DNA of 64,000 bases from Felis catus (lineage: Eukaryota): contig NC_058371.1 of the NCBI RefSeq assembly GCF_018350175.1, positions 200,880,001 to 200,944,000 on the forward strand. The letters run 5' to 3'. A program made the translations under genes and the position numbers. Each line of letters opens with the position of its first letter. Position 1 is the stretch's first letter. This document shows, in pieces, positions 47,376-59,178 of this stretch. A model generated the notes under the pieces. That model saw nothing but the letters and a program-made list of their open reading frames with translations. It searched no databases and was not told the origin of the DNA.

Positions 47376-47969
47376 ATCAAAGGGGGAACTATTTAGATTA
47401 AAAGGGATGTGGGAGATCTATGTTCCAAGTGCAGTTTGTTGCCTTTGAAACTTGATTTGGCTGCTATAAAAAGACATTTTTAAAGATAATTGGGACGTTG
47501 GGATATATTGAGGAATCCTTGTTAATTTTATCAGGTGTGCTGACAGTTTTGTGCCCACTTGAGCAGCACATCCACCGACACTGGGCGACACGGAGGAGAC
47601 CAGCATGGCCCGACACGGTCCGTATTTCTTCACCAGCCTCCACCATTCTCTGAAACAGGAATCGAAACACAGAAGAAGGCCAAGAAAAAGACTGCTGCCG
47701 GGGATGTGCATAGACCAGGCTGTGACCTGAGATACACTTCAAAGTGCAGGGAAAATAGACCCCCGTGTGTGGGGAAGGTCAGGGTTGAGCTGTGGGCCTG
47801 GGGCTTCACTGCACCGTGATGGCTCCTTGGTAGAGATTTGACACCTTCCACAATTACACTGGTTCTGAAGATGAAAACAAGTAAGTCCGAAGTGGGGAAA
47901 GTGAGGTTTTCGCTCAGCAGTGGAGCCTAACTCTGACGAGTCCAGGTGGGGTCAGAAGGGACCGTTCCC

Positions 47970-48082
47970 GTGCCACCTGGGTGGCTCAGGCGGTTAAGCG
48001 TCCGACTTCGAATGTCCCAGTTGGTGGGTTCGAGCCCCGCGTGGGGCTCTGGGCTGACACAGCTTGGAGCCTGGAGCCTGCA
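47970..48082 (+). mobile_element. 3'-truncated Can-SINE
   Basis: cctgggtggctcaggcggttaagcgtccgacttcg...ggagcctggagcctgc, no tail. Confidence 0.8.
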
Positions 48083-50160
48083 GACCCCTGCCTGCACTGG
48101 CGCCCCTCCCCTGGGTTCCTAGAGGCCGACGGATAGCAAGGCTTTCACGCCCTGTCTGCCCCAGGGAGGGGTCAGTGTCCGCGCCCCTACACGAGTGGCC
48201 CAAAGCCTGGCTGGGCTTCACTTCCCAGGGCCAGGCTGATGCGGGGCAGACAGAAGAGCCTTCCCACCTTTCAGACCTCGGGGCTCCCGCCAGATGTGTT
48301 AAACTCCCCTCCCCTCCCGCATCAGCACACCGGTGTCGTGAGCCGTTAGCCTGGGACGGCGCCCCGGGTCCTGGCTCTGAACCTGGGCCTCTTTTCTCAC
48401 CCTCCGTGGTCTCCCCGCATAAGCCTCTGGAGGGGCTTGTGGGGGCCTCTTGCACTTGTACGTTTTCGGTTCAGACACCTGCTTGGAGCCCTGATGGGGA
48501 GCTGAGGCAGGCTGGCCGGCCTCTGTGTCCCCCAGAGTGTGGACCCGAGTCCGTGCGCCCCGGAACCCACCCCCTCATCTCCTCTGAGTGGTGCTGCGCG
48601 TGCCCCCTCCTGCGCGCAGACCCCCACCTGCCCCTCCCTGATCCCACTCGGCCCCCCGTCTCCCCAGGAGCCCTGTCTTCCCAAGTCCTCCCAAGAGCCC
48701 ACGGATGTGGTGATCGACGGCCATCCCCACTTTACAGGTGAGCAAACCAAGACTCAGCGAGGGGTGAGTGTAGTGTGGGTGGGGTCTCACCCCCTGGGGC
48801 AGGAGGTTCAGATCCTGCCCGTGTACTTAGCTGCGGTGGGGACTTGGGCTGGAAGGTTCCCCTGTCTGAGCCTCAGTTTCTTCTCTGTGACCCAGGCAGG
48901 TGCGGGGATGAAGGGGGCAGACACACATGAGGTGTGGTCTGCCCTCCTCGGTGTGGGTCCCGGCTGCCTCCGAGGGACCGGAGGACTGTGCGGAGACCCT
49001 ACAAGGCAACGGGGTATCCGGGAGGGCGGCCGGGAGCCCAACACGGGGTGCGGCTGCTGGGGGACGGCAGCACCCAGGGTAACACTGGGAGTCACTCACT
49101 GGAGGGCCCGGGACCTAGAGGAAGAAGGGAGTCAGGGCTTCCGGGTAGAGGGCAGAGCCGGGGCAATAGCCCGGATGTGAGGACAACCCAGGTAGTCTGG
49201 GTTGAGTCTGGAGAGACCTCGGGCCCGGTGACGGAGCCTCACGGGTGGCCACGAGGGGTGGCCCACGGTGGATCATCACGTGTGGGACGGAGCTGCCCCC
49301 TCTGCACCCTCCTCGTGCGCTCCCACATGGGGCCTGACCCCACAGCTTCTAAATCAGGCTCTGCTTTCTGATGGTGGCAGTGGCAGGCGACTGAGTGATG
49401 CCTTTAAAAAACGAGGCTATTTGGAAAATTCCACTGTGGTATGCTGGAACGCGGATCTCCACCCCCAGGCAGTTTCTGTTTCCTTCATATCCACAGCCTT
49501 AAAGGCCTCCAGTCCTGGGCACCTCTTAAGATTCAGGAAGCCAGAGGCCACAGGGGGCCCCCGGGGGGCTCCCCCTCGCCCCAGCAAGGCCATGCATTCC
49601 GTAAGTTGGAAGGTCCACTGGTTTCATCGTAACTCCCTTTTTCTCATCTATTATGTGGGGTGCTCTGGGAATGAGCGACCTTTGATGTGGGGCCAGATCC
49701 ACCTGGGGTCAAGCGTTCCCAGTAAAATGGGGCAACAGTACAGCCTCATAGGGTTGCTAGAACGGTTGGAGACGCTGTTGCAGAGCGTGGACCACGCAGA
49801 CCACAGGCACGCGGCTCTGTTGCGTTGTCTGGCGGTGCACGGAGTCCCCAGCCTCTCGGAGCACGAGCCCGGGAATGGGGTTTGCCTCGTTTATCTCAGG
49901 GCTTCCGTACGAAGGGGCCCGGGCCGCACAGCCCTCATCCGAAGGTTGACTGTGCTTCTTGAAATCCACTGGTTCCCCATCAGTGAGCATCTTAGTACGT
50001 CTTCGTTATAAACAGAGCACGTACTTGTCGGGAAATCTAACAGTTTCAAAGTGTGTAGGGACAGAAGATCATCATTTGTGTTCTGATACTCACTCACGTC
50101 AGCGTTTCTTCCTGTTAATGCCTGTGGAATATTCCATACTCTTTGATTATACTGTAATGT

Positions 50161-50357
50161 TGTTTTAAATTTATTTTTGAGAGAGAGAGAGGAGCGTGGG
50201 CAGGTGAGGCGGAGAGAGAGGGAGACACAGAATCCAAAGCAGGCTCCAGGCTCTGAGCTGTCAGCACAGAACTTGACACGGGGCTTGAACCCACAGACCT
50301 CGAGATCATGACCTGAGCTGAAGTCAGACGCTTCACTGAGTGAGCCGCCCAGGCCCC
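50161..50357 (-). mobile_element. Can-SINE (SINEC_Fc-like)
   Basis: Typical body and head. Confidence 0.95.
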
Positions 50358-50569
50358 TGGGGCAACTTTATCAGGGTAGCTCCTTTCAGGTGTGTTATTA
50401 GACCAAAGAGATTCTATGTTATAATTTTTTTCTTTTGCTTTCTCCTTTGTTGGAGCCGTGCCTTCCCTTGTTCGTGACTGTGTTACTACCAGTTCTGCCT
50501 CCCTGCATTCACTGATTTTAATCTACTACTGGTAGGAAACAGGTCGCTGCACCCGTTAAAACTGTGAGT

Positions 50570-50778
50570 GGGGCACCAGCTCGGTTGGTTAAGCGTCCCA
50601 GGCTCGGTTTCGGCTCAGGGCAGCATCTCACGGGGTTCATGACATCGAGCCCCAAGTCCAGCTCTGTGGCTGGCGGTGCGGAGCCTGCTTGGGATTCTGT
50701 TTCCCGCTCTCTGCCCCTCCCCCGCTCTTTCTCGCTCTCTCGAAAAATAGACTTTAAAAAGCCAAAACAAAAAAAAAC
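50570..50778 (+). mobile_element. Can-SINE (diverged)
   Basis: ggggcaccagctcggttggttaagcg head, CT tract, A tail. Confidence 0.85.
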
Positions 50779-53677
50779 AGTGGGTAGAGTACCGGTTGAT
50801 GGCTCTGGGGTGCGGGCCTGAGGCCTGCGTCTCGCAGCAAAGTGCGGAGGCTCACGGTGGCTTCTCTGGTCCTGGCACCGTTCAGTCTCTGTCTCTGGTT
50901 TTCTTCTCTGGGCCTGAGGTTGTGGGAAGGCTGACCTCCAGCCCTCGGGGCTAGCCCCGTCTCCGTTTTCTGTTGTTGTTTTTTAATCATTTCGCTCGAT
51001 TTCCAGAAGCAACAAGAGAACCCCAAATTCCAGGCACTGTTTCCAAGAAAATGGGCGCTCCCGTGTCCCTGGTGAAGGAGGTTAACGCAACAAGGAATAA
51101 AGGCAGAAAGGACATGCTTTCTGGTGGGTTTCTGAAAACGCGTGGCCAGGGGAATGCTCCTTGGAAATAAACCAAGCTGTTCACTCCGCCTCCACCTCGT
51201 GGGGACAGTCTGGCCCTGGTGGCTCTGAACAGAGGCTGGGGTGGCGGAGGGTGGGCGGGAGGATGGCGAGCGGGCGAGAGCTTCTGCACAGCGGAAAACG
51301 AGCTTGGGGCTCCCAGCCGAGCAGCCTCACTGCCCAGCGCCCGTTTCCTTACCTGCAAAAGGCCAGTCACTGAGCCAGCTTGGTAGGCTGTGGGGCTCAA
51401 CTGTGCTAATGGGGTGAACAGCCAGGAGGGCACAGAGCAGCTGGGATGGCACCGGGTACGGGGCCAGCCACGGGCAACATTTATTCATCCATCAACAAAT
51501 GTTTACGGAGCTCACATTTGGGGGCTGAGGAAGAGTCTGAGAAAATGTGTGTTTGGGAGACTAGATCCCCCTCTCCTGAGAAGGGATGCAAAGGTGGTTT
51601 GGCAGGGCAGGAGACCTCTGGCCGCGTCCTGTGCCCACCTCCTACCCCACTTGCCCTCTGGGCCTCAGTTTCCCCTCTGAGGGATGGCCTTGAGGACCTG
51701 TCAGCGTCCTGACGCTGTGTTTATGACCCTCTGGGGTCTGCATCTGGTCGGTTAACCATGTTCCCTACAAGGAGATGGGGCTGAATTGGGAGGTGACCTG
51801 TCTATCCGCCCCTTGAGACTGGGGATCGTGAGGGCAGGAACTGTGGGGGGTCAGTGGCTCTGGTGTGGCCAGTGCCCAGCATGGGGCTGGTATAGGGGTG
51901 GTTTCCATGGGTATCAGACACCTGCTCCTGCTTAGGAAGCCTCCCTGCCAGGGAGGCTCAGAGGTCAAGGCTTGAAGATGACCTTCCATGGGGTGGGGTC
52001 TCTGAGGACTCCCAGCACCCCTCCCCCCACCTTTGACCAACACACTTTCTCCGCATTATATTACTGGGGAGGTGCCAAGAGCTCCTCAAACATGCCAGAA
52101 ACTGACAAAGCCAGACAATTTTTTACATTTAGCCGTCACTGCCATTTCTTTTGTCTCTAACCCTCACACAACTTGGGCGGTGAAGGTGCCTTGAGCCTTG
52201 TAGGTGGGGCAAGCTGGGGCGGGCAGGAAGGCTTCTGGGCACAGCCGGGGAGGGGTCGGCCAGTCCCAGGCCTGGAACTGAGCGGAGGGAGCTGACGGCC
52301 ACCGCTCGCTCCTCTGCAATGGCTTTGCGGCCCTCACGGGAACCACTGTAGTGAGCATCATTCTGGGAAATTCCGGGGTCCAGTCTGCACGGGGGAGCCT
52401 GGATGGCTTCGCCAAGGCAGTCAGCAGTGAGGCGGCAGAGGTGGGACACCCTACATAATTGTGCCCGTATCACAGATGGGGGCTGGGAGATGCTAGGGTT
52501 CCGGGAGGAGTGCGGACGCCCACACAGCTTATCTGGTTCCTTGTACTTTTGTTAGCCTCCCTGAGGGTGTCAATGACTGGGGCGGGGGGCCCAGGGAGGG
52601 ACTCTGGGCTTGGGCAGGGAGCTGGGGGTGGGCAGCAGGATGGGGGAAAGGGTGAGGAAAAGGCAGACAGAGGGCGCCAAAGGCAAGTCTGTGGGTCATA
52701 CATTTTTTTTGGTTCTGGATTCAGAACAATGGTTCCTAGTCATTGTGGGGTTTTAAAACCCTAAGACTCAGAATGAGGGCTGGAAGGGATTTGGGGAGTT
52801 GCAAGGAACACTGTGAAAGCTGACGTTAATCCTGTTTATTAAATTGCTAATTGAGTCAGGTCAGAAGCAAGTCTGTACTTTCCTGTTAGTGGGGTTTTTT
52901 GTTGTTGTTGTTTCTTTAATAAGCTGGGGAAGGCATGTTGGGGTTTGAAGGAGACCTGGCATTATTTTTCCTTAATACCACCCAGAAATGTAGGCATTTG
53001 TAAAACTTCTATTATGCACCAAGCACTGTAAGAGGCCCCTCCTGCCATTGTAACTAACAGTTGCTGAGTTTTTAGACCTAGCACGCAGGCAGGAGAAACA
53101 AGCTAGGGGTTCCTTGGCCAACACTAATGACCACAGCTCCGGGCAGAGTAATCCTCCAATGCAGGCTTCCAGATGCTTTCCGTGAAGGAGAGATTACCCT
53201 TCCTGTCCCTGACCCTCTGCCAGTTCAAATCCTCCTTTAGATTTAGCTGATCGCCTGAGGTTTCCGCTCTGGTAATTCTGCCAGTGACAGCCCTGGGTCC
53301 CAGCCACTTAAGTCTGTCTTCTGCTCTCCGTGTCCCCAGAATATAACAATTCAACAAATATTTAAGTGCCCCAACTATGTGCCAGGCCCAGGGAATCTAG
53401 CAGTACACAGGATAAGCCCGCTTTGGCCCCGGGAGCCTAGATTTTGGAAGGGGGACGAGCTAGGATCAGTTAACCAGCTAAGGAGAGCATTCTCATTCAG
53501 GGCTTTGCAGGTCCTGGAAGGCTGTCCGGGCCCAGCATCTGGCTTCTGACCTCTCTCCCTGCCTGTCCCTCCTGGGACCTGTGGCCTGCGACCTCCTCTC
53601 CCACTCTGTATGATCACAGACCCTGTCTCTGGAGTTTCTGCAGTGCTGATGCCAAATAACGCACACACACGCCAGGC

Positions 53678-53802
53678 CAGCGGTTCCCAAACTATCTTGC
53701 CTCTGGAGACTGTGATTTAATCGGCGTGGGGCGCGGCAAGGGCATCGGAATTTTCAAAATCCTCAGGCGATACTAAGGTGCAGCCAAGTCTGGGAACAAC
53801 GG
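53678..53802 (+). mobile_element. MER5A-like hAT MITE, internally deleted
   Basis: Terminal inverted repeats cagcggttcccaaact ... agtctgggaacaacgg. Confidence 0.6.
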
Positions 53803-53879
53803 CGCTAAGTACCGTGTCACAGCTCGACAAAGGAGAACTACCAGAAAAGCCCGTTTAACAGACCGAGAGACTAAGGCCA

Positions 53880-55420
53880 GGCCAGGATGACCGGGGCCTG
53901 GCCTGGATCCGCCCGCCTCGCACACCTGCCCCAGGGCAGGGGAGCCCATCGATGCGCTCCGCCGCTCGGCTCCTCAGGCCTGGTCCCTGCCCGCTCGTGC
54001 CCCTTCCCCCTCCCGGCCGCTTCCCACTTCCAAGATGGCCGCGGGTGGAGCCGACCAGGTACGGAGGCCTCTGGCGGGTGTCCACCGGCGCTGTGCGGAC
54101 CCGAAGATCCTCTCGGGCCTCCCCTCGAGGCTCCGCTGGGCCCTCGGGAGAGAAAAGGGTCGGCGACGCCGCTCCGGGGCCCGCAGGGGGCGGGCGAGCG
54201 GCCGAGGAGTGGCAGCAGGGCGAGCGTCGAGCTCGAGGAGCGGCGGCGGCGCGGCGGGGGGCGGCAGCCGGGCGGAAGAGCGGCGGCGGCCGGCAGGGGG
54301 CGGGGCGAGGGCGCGCGGGGCGGAGCGGATCAGGGGGCGGAGCGGATCAGGGGGCGGGGCGAGGGCGCGCGCCGCTGTTGGCCCCGGGCAGCTCGCGCGC
54401 ACCTGCCTGCCCGGCCCACAGCCTGCCGCGCGCCCAGCGTCCTCGCCGCACAGGTCGCGGGTCCCGGGGGTCCTGGGCTGCGGGCCCGCGGGCCCCGGAG
54501 ATGGCGTCGGAGCCGCGCTAACTCCGGTACTGAGGGCCTCCGGCGGGGGCCGCGCCGCGCGGGAGGGTGGGGGACGGGACGCGCGGGGCTGCTGCCACCT
54601 GCTGCTGCGTCGGCGGGAGCGGGAGGCGGGCCGGGCCCGGGCGCGCGGGTTCGGGTCCTGCACCGGCGGCCCCCTTGCCGCCTGGCCGCCGCCGCGCCCC
54701 GCACCGGGGGGAGAGCGTGGGGCCCGGGCGACATTGCGGGGCCCGGCGGCTCCCGGCTCGTCAGCCTCTCCGAGAGACGCGCGCGCGACACGCTCCTTTT
54801 CCGGAACTTGACGAAAAGTTTTGTCCTTCAGACGCGCGGGGTTCCCCGGGCCGGAGGGGAGCTGGCTTGACGCGCGCATGCTGCCCTGCAGGGACCCCTC
54901 CACCTTGCGGGTCCCTGACCGCCGACCTGCAGGACCCTGTGCACCATCGGGGGGCCATCGACCCCCGGGAGACCCCTCCACTTCGGGACCCTCTCCACCT
55001 CGGGGCCTCCTAACCCCGGGTCCCCCTCCACTTCGGGGTCCCCGACCCCTGTGCGCCCTCCACTTCGGGAACCACCGAAACCCGGGGCCCCTCCACCTGG
55101 GGGCCACTGGCGTCTGGGGGTCCCCCCTCCCCCCGGCTCCTGGGACGGAGCTCCCGACCTCCTTCTTTTTCGGACCTGCTGTCGCTAGACCGCGGAACCC
55201 CCTCATCCTCAGACCGCCCCCCCGTCCCTGTCCAGGAACTCCTTCCGCCTCAGAGACCCCCTTTCCTGAGCCACAGACTCCCTGTGTGCGGGAGACCCCG
55301 AGCCCCGGGCCCCTTCCCGGCCGAAGGGGCCGGAGCTGGTGTGGAGCTGGCGTTCGGGGCGCTCCGCAGGCGGCCCTCTCTGGGCGGGGAGCTGCGGTGA
55401 AGAAGCAGGGGTGAGGCCTT
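53880..55420 (+). promoter_or_regulatory. TBC1D14: CpG-island promoter, most likely of TBC1D14
   Basis: Very high GC/CpG density, several GGGGCGG GC boxes (54296-54360), YY1-like CAAGATGGCCGC (54031-54042); gene identity from recalled KIAA0232-TBC1D14 synteny only. Confidence 0.7.
54365..54526 (+). other. TBC1D14: Putative non-coding first exon of downstream gene
   Basis: Lies just 3' of GC boxes; candidate donors CAG|GTCGCG (54454) and CCG|GTACTG (54527); TSS not determinable from sequence. Confidence 0.35.
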
Positions 55421-55925
55421 GAGGAGTTAGCTTCCGCAGGAAGCGGGAGGACTGGCCCCCCGCAGACCCCAGGCCCCAGACCCCAGGCTGGGCGGTGCGC
55501 ATTTTAGTGGCCAGAGCCTTACCTGGCCAGAACCATCCCCCGCCCCCGCCCCCGCTTTTCGTCTTAAAATTGCACAGCACCATTTTCTCCAGGACGGAAT
55601 TGAAAGCTTTGCTTTGGAAAGTTCTCTGTGCAGGAGGCTCCTGCGCATCGGCTTCACTATTTACTGAGGCTAGTTGAGGCTGGCGTGTTGGGACCCTACC
55701 AGCAGGATGTTGGCACCTCGTTGGCTTGGCTTCCTTTATAGAAGGGTTGCATGGGCACACTGTTAAGTGCTTTGCTACTCCTTGCAAAGGGCTGGTCCTT
55801 GGAGGAGTTCTGGAACGCTGCCCCTTGCCCAGTTTATCTGGCCAGTACCAACCCATGTCCCAGGTTTGCATATGATTTCTTCCCGACTTCTTAACCACCT
55901 GCCCGCCCCTCCCCCCCAGGCTTAG

Positions 55926-55926
<1 letters not shown>

Positions 55927-55968
<42 letters not shown>
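55927..55968. repeat. (TG)21 microsatellite at SINE tail
   Basis: Perfect TG run abutting SINE tail. Confidence 0.95.
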
Positions 55969-55969
<1 letters not shown>

Positions 55970-55972
<3 letters not shown>

Positions 55973-56139
55973 AATGCTTATTTATTTTTGACAGAGAGAG
56001 AGAGAGAGAGATAGAGCATGAGGGGGGAGGGGCAGAGAGAGAGGGAGACAGAATCCCAAGCAGGCTCCAACTCACAGACTGAGATCATGACCTGAGCCAA
56101 AGTTGGACACTCAACCGACTGAGCCCCCCAGGCGCCCCC
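55970..56139 (-). mobile_element. Can-SINE with internal deletion
   Basis: gaatcccaagcaggctccaactcacagactgagatcatgacc lacks central segment; head cccccaggcgcccc. Confidence 0.9.
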
Positions 56140-57124
56140 AGTTGTATATATTTGACCCCTTTGGATTGTGGGCTCCAGCTGATCCCCAACCCTAATGAGC
56201 ACCTGGCATGTACTTGGGGCTCAGGGTTATTGAGTGACTACATCCTTTGGGAGACACTAAAGAAGTGAAGTCAGTGGTCGAGTCACCCAGCTGGCGGGCC
56301 GGGTCACTGGGCCTTGGTGTCCTCCACGGTCCCAGCAGGTTCCTGCCGGGCACTTTGCTTCGTGCTTGTGAAACTGAGTTTTCAAAATCTGCCTCCAGCC
56401 CACCCTCTCACGTTTAGCCTCAGTGCTGCCCCACCTGGCTTCTGTTGACCCTGCCATTCCTCTCCACCCCTCCGCCCCTCCACCCCCCTGCCCTCCTCCC
56501 CTCTGTCCAGTGTGTGAAGGCCTGTCTTTCGTGCCTGCGCGTCCCCTCGCTTGTGTTCTGTTGAAGTTCTCGCTGACGCTGAGGACCTGCTTCTCAGGGC
56601 AGCTTGTTTCAGAATATGTCTCCCCTGTTGGTCGGAGCTCCTGATCATCGTGTCCCCAGCCTGAACACAGGGGACACCTGCCCGGCATATCGTGGGTGCT
56701 CACAGAGCTTTGAGACCTTGGAGAAGATGTGCCATCAAAATAGGTATTTACATGTCACACGAAAAGAAGATTTTAGGAAAACGAGAGTGTGTTATCTGTT
56801 AATGTTTCAGGGCGGTTGTGAAGTTTCTAGGGCCTGAGTTGTTAAGAATTCTCGATTGCCAAGCCAGAAGGTAAGCTGGGCTAATCACCTCATTCTACAA
56901 ATGGGAAGTGGAGGCCCAGAGCTTAGTGCCACAGAGCAGGTGTGAGATATTAGTGACAGGAAGGAACTATACAGTGAGGCTTGGAGACACAAAGTGGCCG
57001 AGTCTGGGCTTTATGCAAATAAGTTACTTAAATAGCAGGCCTAAGCCGACTGGCCCCGTCTAGTACCCAGGAAGAAGTAACGCCATCCACCATCTGAGGT
57101 TCAGCCCATGCCAGGCTTGCTTCT

Positions 57125-57305
57125 AAAGGCTTTATGTAGATTTCTTGCCCAATCTGGCCCATTGCCTAAGGAGATACGGTCTATTATCGTTCCCATTGTG
57201 CTACTGGAAATTGGGGTGCAGGGAAGTTAAACTATTCCAAGGTCACACAACTTGTAAGCGGGGGAGCCACGATTTGAACCTGCGCAGTCTGCCTCCAGAA
57301 CCTGT
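57125..57305 (-). mobile_element. MIR
   Basis: aagttaaactattccaaggtcacacaacttgtaagcggggagccacgatttgaacc. Confidence 0.7.
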
Positions 57306-57362
57306 ATTATTTTGCCCTCTTGTGCATTTCATTTTTTTTTAACGTTTGTTTATTTAAAAAAA

Positions 57363-57585
57363 AATTTTTTTTTTAACGTTTATTTATTTTTGAGACAGGG
57401 AGAGACAGAGCATGGACTGGGGAGGGTCAGAGAGAGGGAGACACAGAATCTGAAACAGGCTCCAGGCCCTGAGCTGTCAGCACAGAGCCCGATGCGGGGC
57501 TTGAACTCACGAACCGCGAAGTCACGACCTGAGCCGAAGTCGTGACCGACTTAACTGATAACCGACTGAGCCACCCAGGCGCCCC
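57363..57585 (-). mobile_element. SINEC_Fc, copy 1 of tandem pair
   Basis: Full body and head. Confidence 0.95.
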
Positions 57586-57792
57586 AATGTTTATTTATTT
57601 TTGAGACAGAGAGAGACAGAGCATGAACGGGGGAGGGTCAGAGAGGGAGAGAGGGAGACACAGAATCTGAAACAGGCTCCAGGCTCTGAGCTGTCAGCAC
57701 AGAGCCCGATGCGGGGCTTGAACTCACGAACCGCGAAGTCACGACCTGAGCCGAAGTCGGACGCTTAACCGACTGAGCTGCCCAGACGCCCC
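57586..57792 (-). mobile_element. SINEC_Fc, copy 2 of tandem pair
   Basis: Starts directly after copy 1 head; near-identical body. Confidence 0.95.
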
Positions 57793-57924
57793 TCATTAAA
57801 AAAAAAAAAACAACACCTTTTTCTTGCAGTCTAACCTACAGAGAAGTGTAAAAATTGTTCAACCTGTAGCGTATCGATTGTCACAACGTTTAGGGTCTGA
57901 ATCTTTAAACGTTCCAGCAAGTCC

Positions 57925-58105
57925 TGTGTGGGCTTTGATGTCAGACCTGGTTTGAATCCGGTTCCTGTTGCTGTGTGACCTTACGTGATGTACTCACCCT
58001 TTCTGAATCTCATAGTTTCTTCAGTGTGCTTGGCAGGCTTGCGATGATTAGAGCGTGTGATAGCACCTAGCGTGTGTTTGGTGCATGGTAAGTGTTCAAT
58101 GAATG
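57925..58105 (+). mobile_element. MIR
   Basis: gtcagacctggtttgaatccgg...gctgtgtgacctt...gtaagtgttcaatgaat. Confidence 0.7.
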
Positions 58106-59079
58106 GTTTCTCTTACCAGCAATCGAGATTATAAGTTGCACTGGTTTGGTTAAGTGGTCTGAGTATCTTCCTAATCTGTCAGTTGCCCGTCAGTCACTTT
58201 ATAGGTACTTACGATGAGTCACTTTGGTAAATCACTCTGTGTAACTGAAATACCTTAGGGAAGGGGGGCACCCCGGCCCCCACTGCCCGTGCAGTGAAAG
58301 TCCTTAATTTACAATGTCCCACCTCTGCCTTTTTAATATAACTACTTTTGGGCAGTGAAAGTTAAATGTCTTTTCCTTAGGGTTGTGAAGGAGCCTTTGG
58401 GGACCCTCAACAGTTTACCCCCAGTTTCTACCTGGTTTGCCGATGGGCCAAAACTTGCTTAAACAAGGGTGTCAAGTTCCAGGCACCTGCCAGTGGCCAT
58501 TCACCTTCCAGAGCAGTATATTGAGCTCTCAGGAAAGTCTGTCTTAGGGTTATTTTTATCCTGAAGAATAACCCACGTAAAAACCAACTTACTTTTGTAG
58601 TCGACTTTCCCGTTCTGCATAGTGCAAATTAACCCACCATCGTAGGCTGCTTGCGTGGCAGCAGGGAGAGGAAGGCTTAGAGTCGTATCCAGGTCGGCCC
58701 TCGCACAGCTACTTCGTGACACGCGCCCCTTGTGCCTTGTCTCCTTGTGTGTGAGCTGGCGGTGAGGGTACCTTGACCTCTCGGGGTTGCTGAGGAGGTT
58801 ACAAAGATTGCGGGTGTGAACTCTGAACACTGCGCCTAACATCTAAAGCTCACTTGGTGAGCAGAGGCGGCTCATGTTAATTGTTAATGCCAAGGAACGC
58901 GAGTTCCAGAACATCCTGTGCCTTTCTCTCCAGGGTCCTTTCTGTGTAAGCCATGACATTAAAGAGAGAAAGGGACTCACAGTGGTTGGTGTTTGTGGAG
59001 CCCTGTACAAAGCAGGCTCATTTACATGGGAGATACCACCTAGATCAGGGGGTTCTCCTTGGTGTCGGAACCTCCTTTC

Positions 59080-59178
59080 AGGGGTGCCTGGCTGGCTCAG
59101 TTGGAGGAGCGTGACTCTTAATCTCAGGGTCGAGAGTTTGAACCCCACGTTGGGTGTAGAGATTACTTAAAACAAAAA
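59080..59178 (+). mobile_element. Short Can-SINE
   Basis: ggggtgcctggctggctcagttggaggagcgtgactcttaatctcaggg. Confidence 0.9.

Noticed and set aside
48064-50011. Several 200-250 aa intergenic ORFs
   Set aside because: Start in SINE/MIR remnants or GC-rich DNA, no coding bias or splice structure
53887-55414. Long ORFs (410, 327, 258, 197 aa) in the CpG island
   Set aside because: Arg/Gly/Ala/Pro-rich products in several frames on both strands reflect stop-codon scarcity in very GC-rich DNA; no recognisable domain
55209-56075. 288-aa minus-strand ORF
   Set aside because: Begins in a SINE and runs through the (TG)n microsatellite (THTHTH); not gene-like
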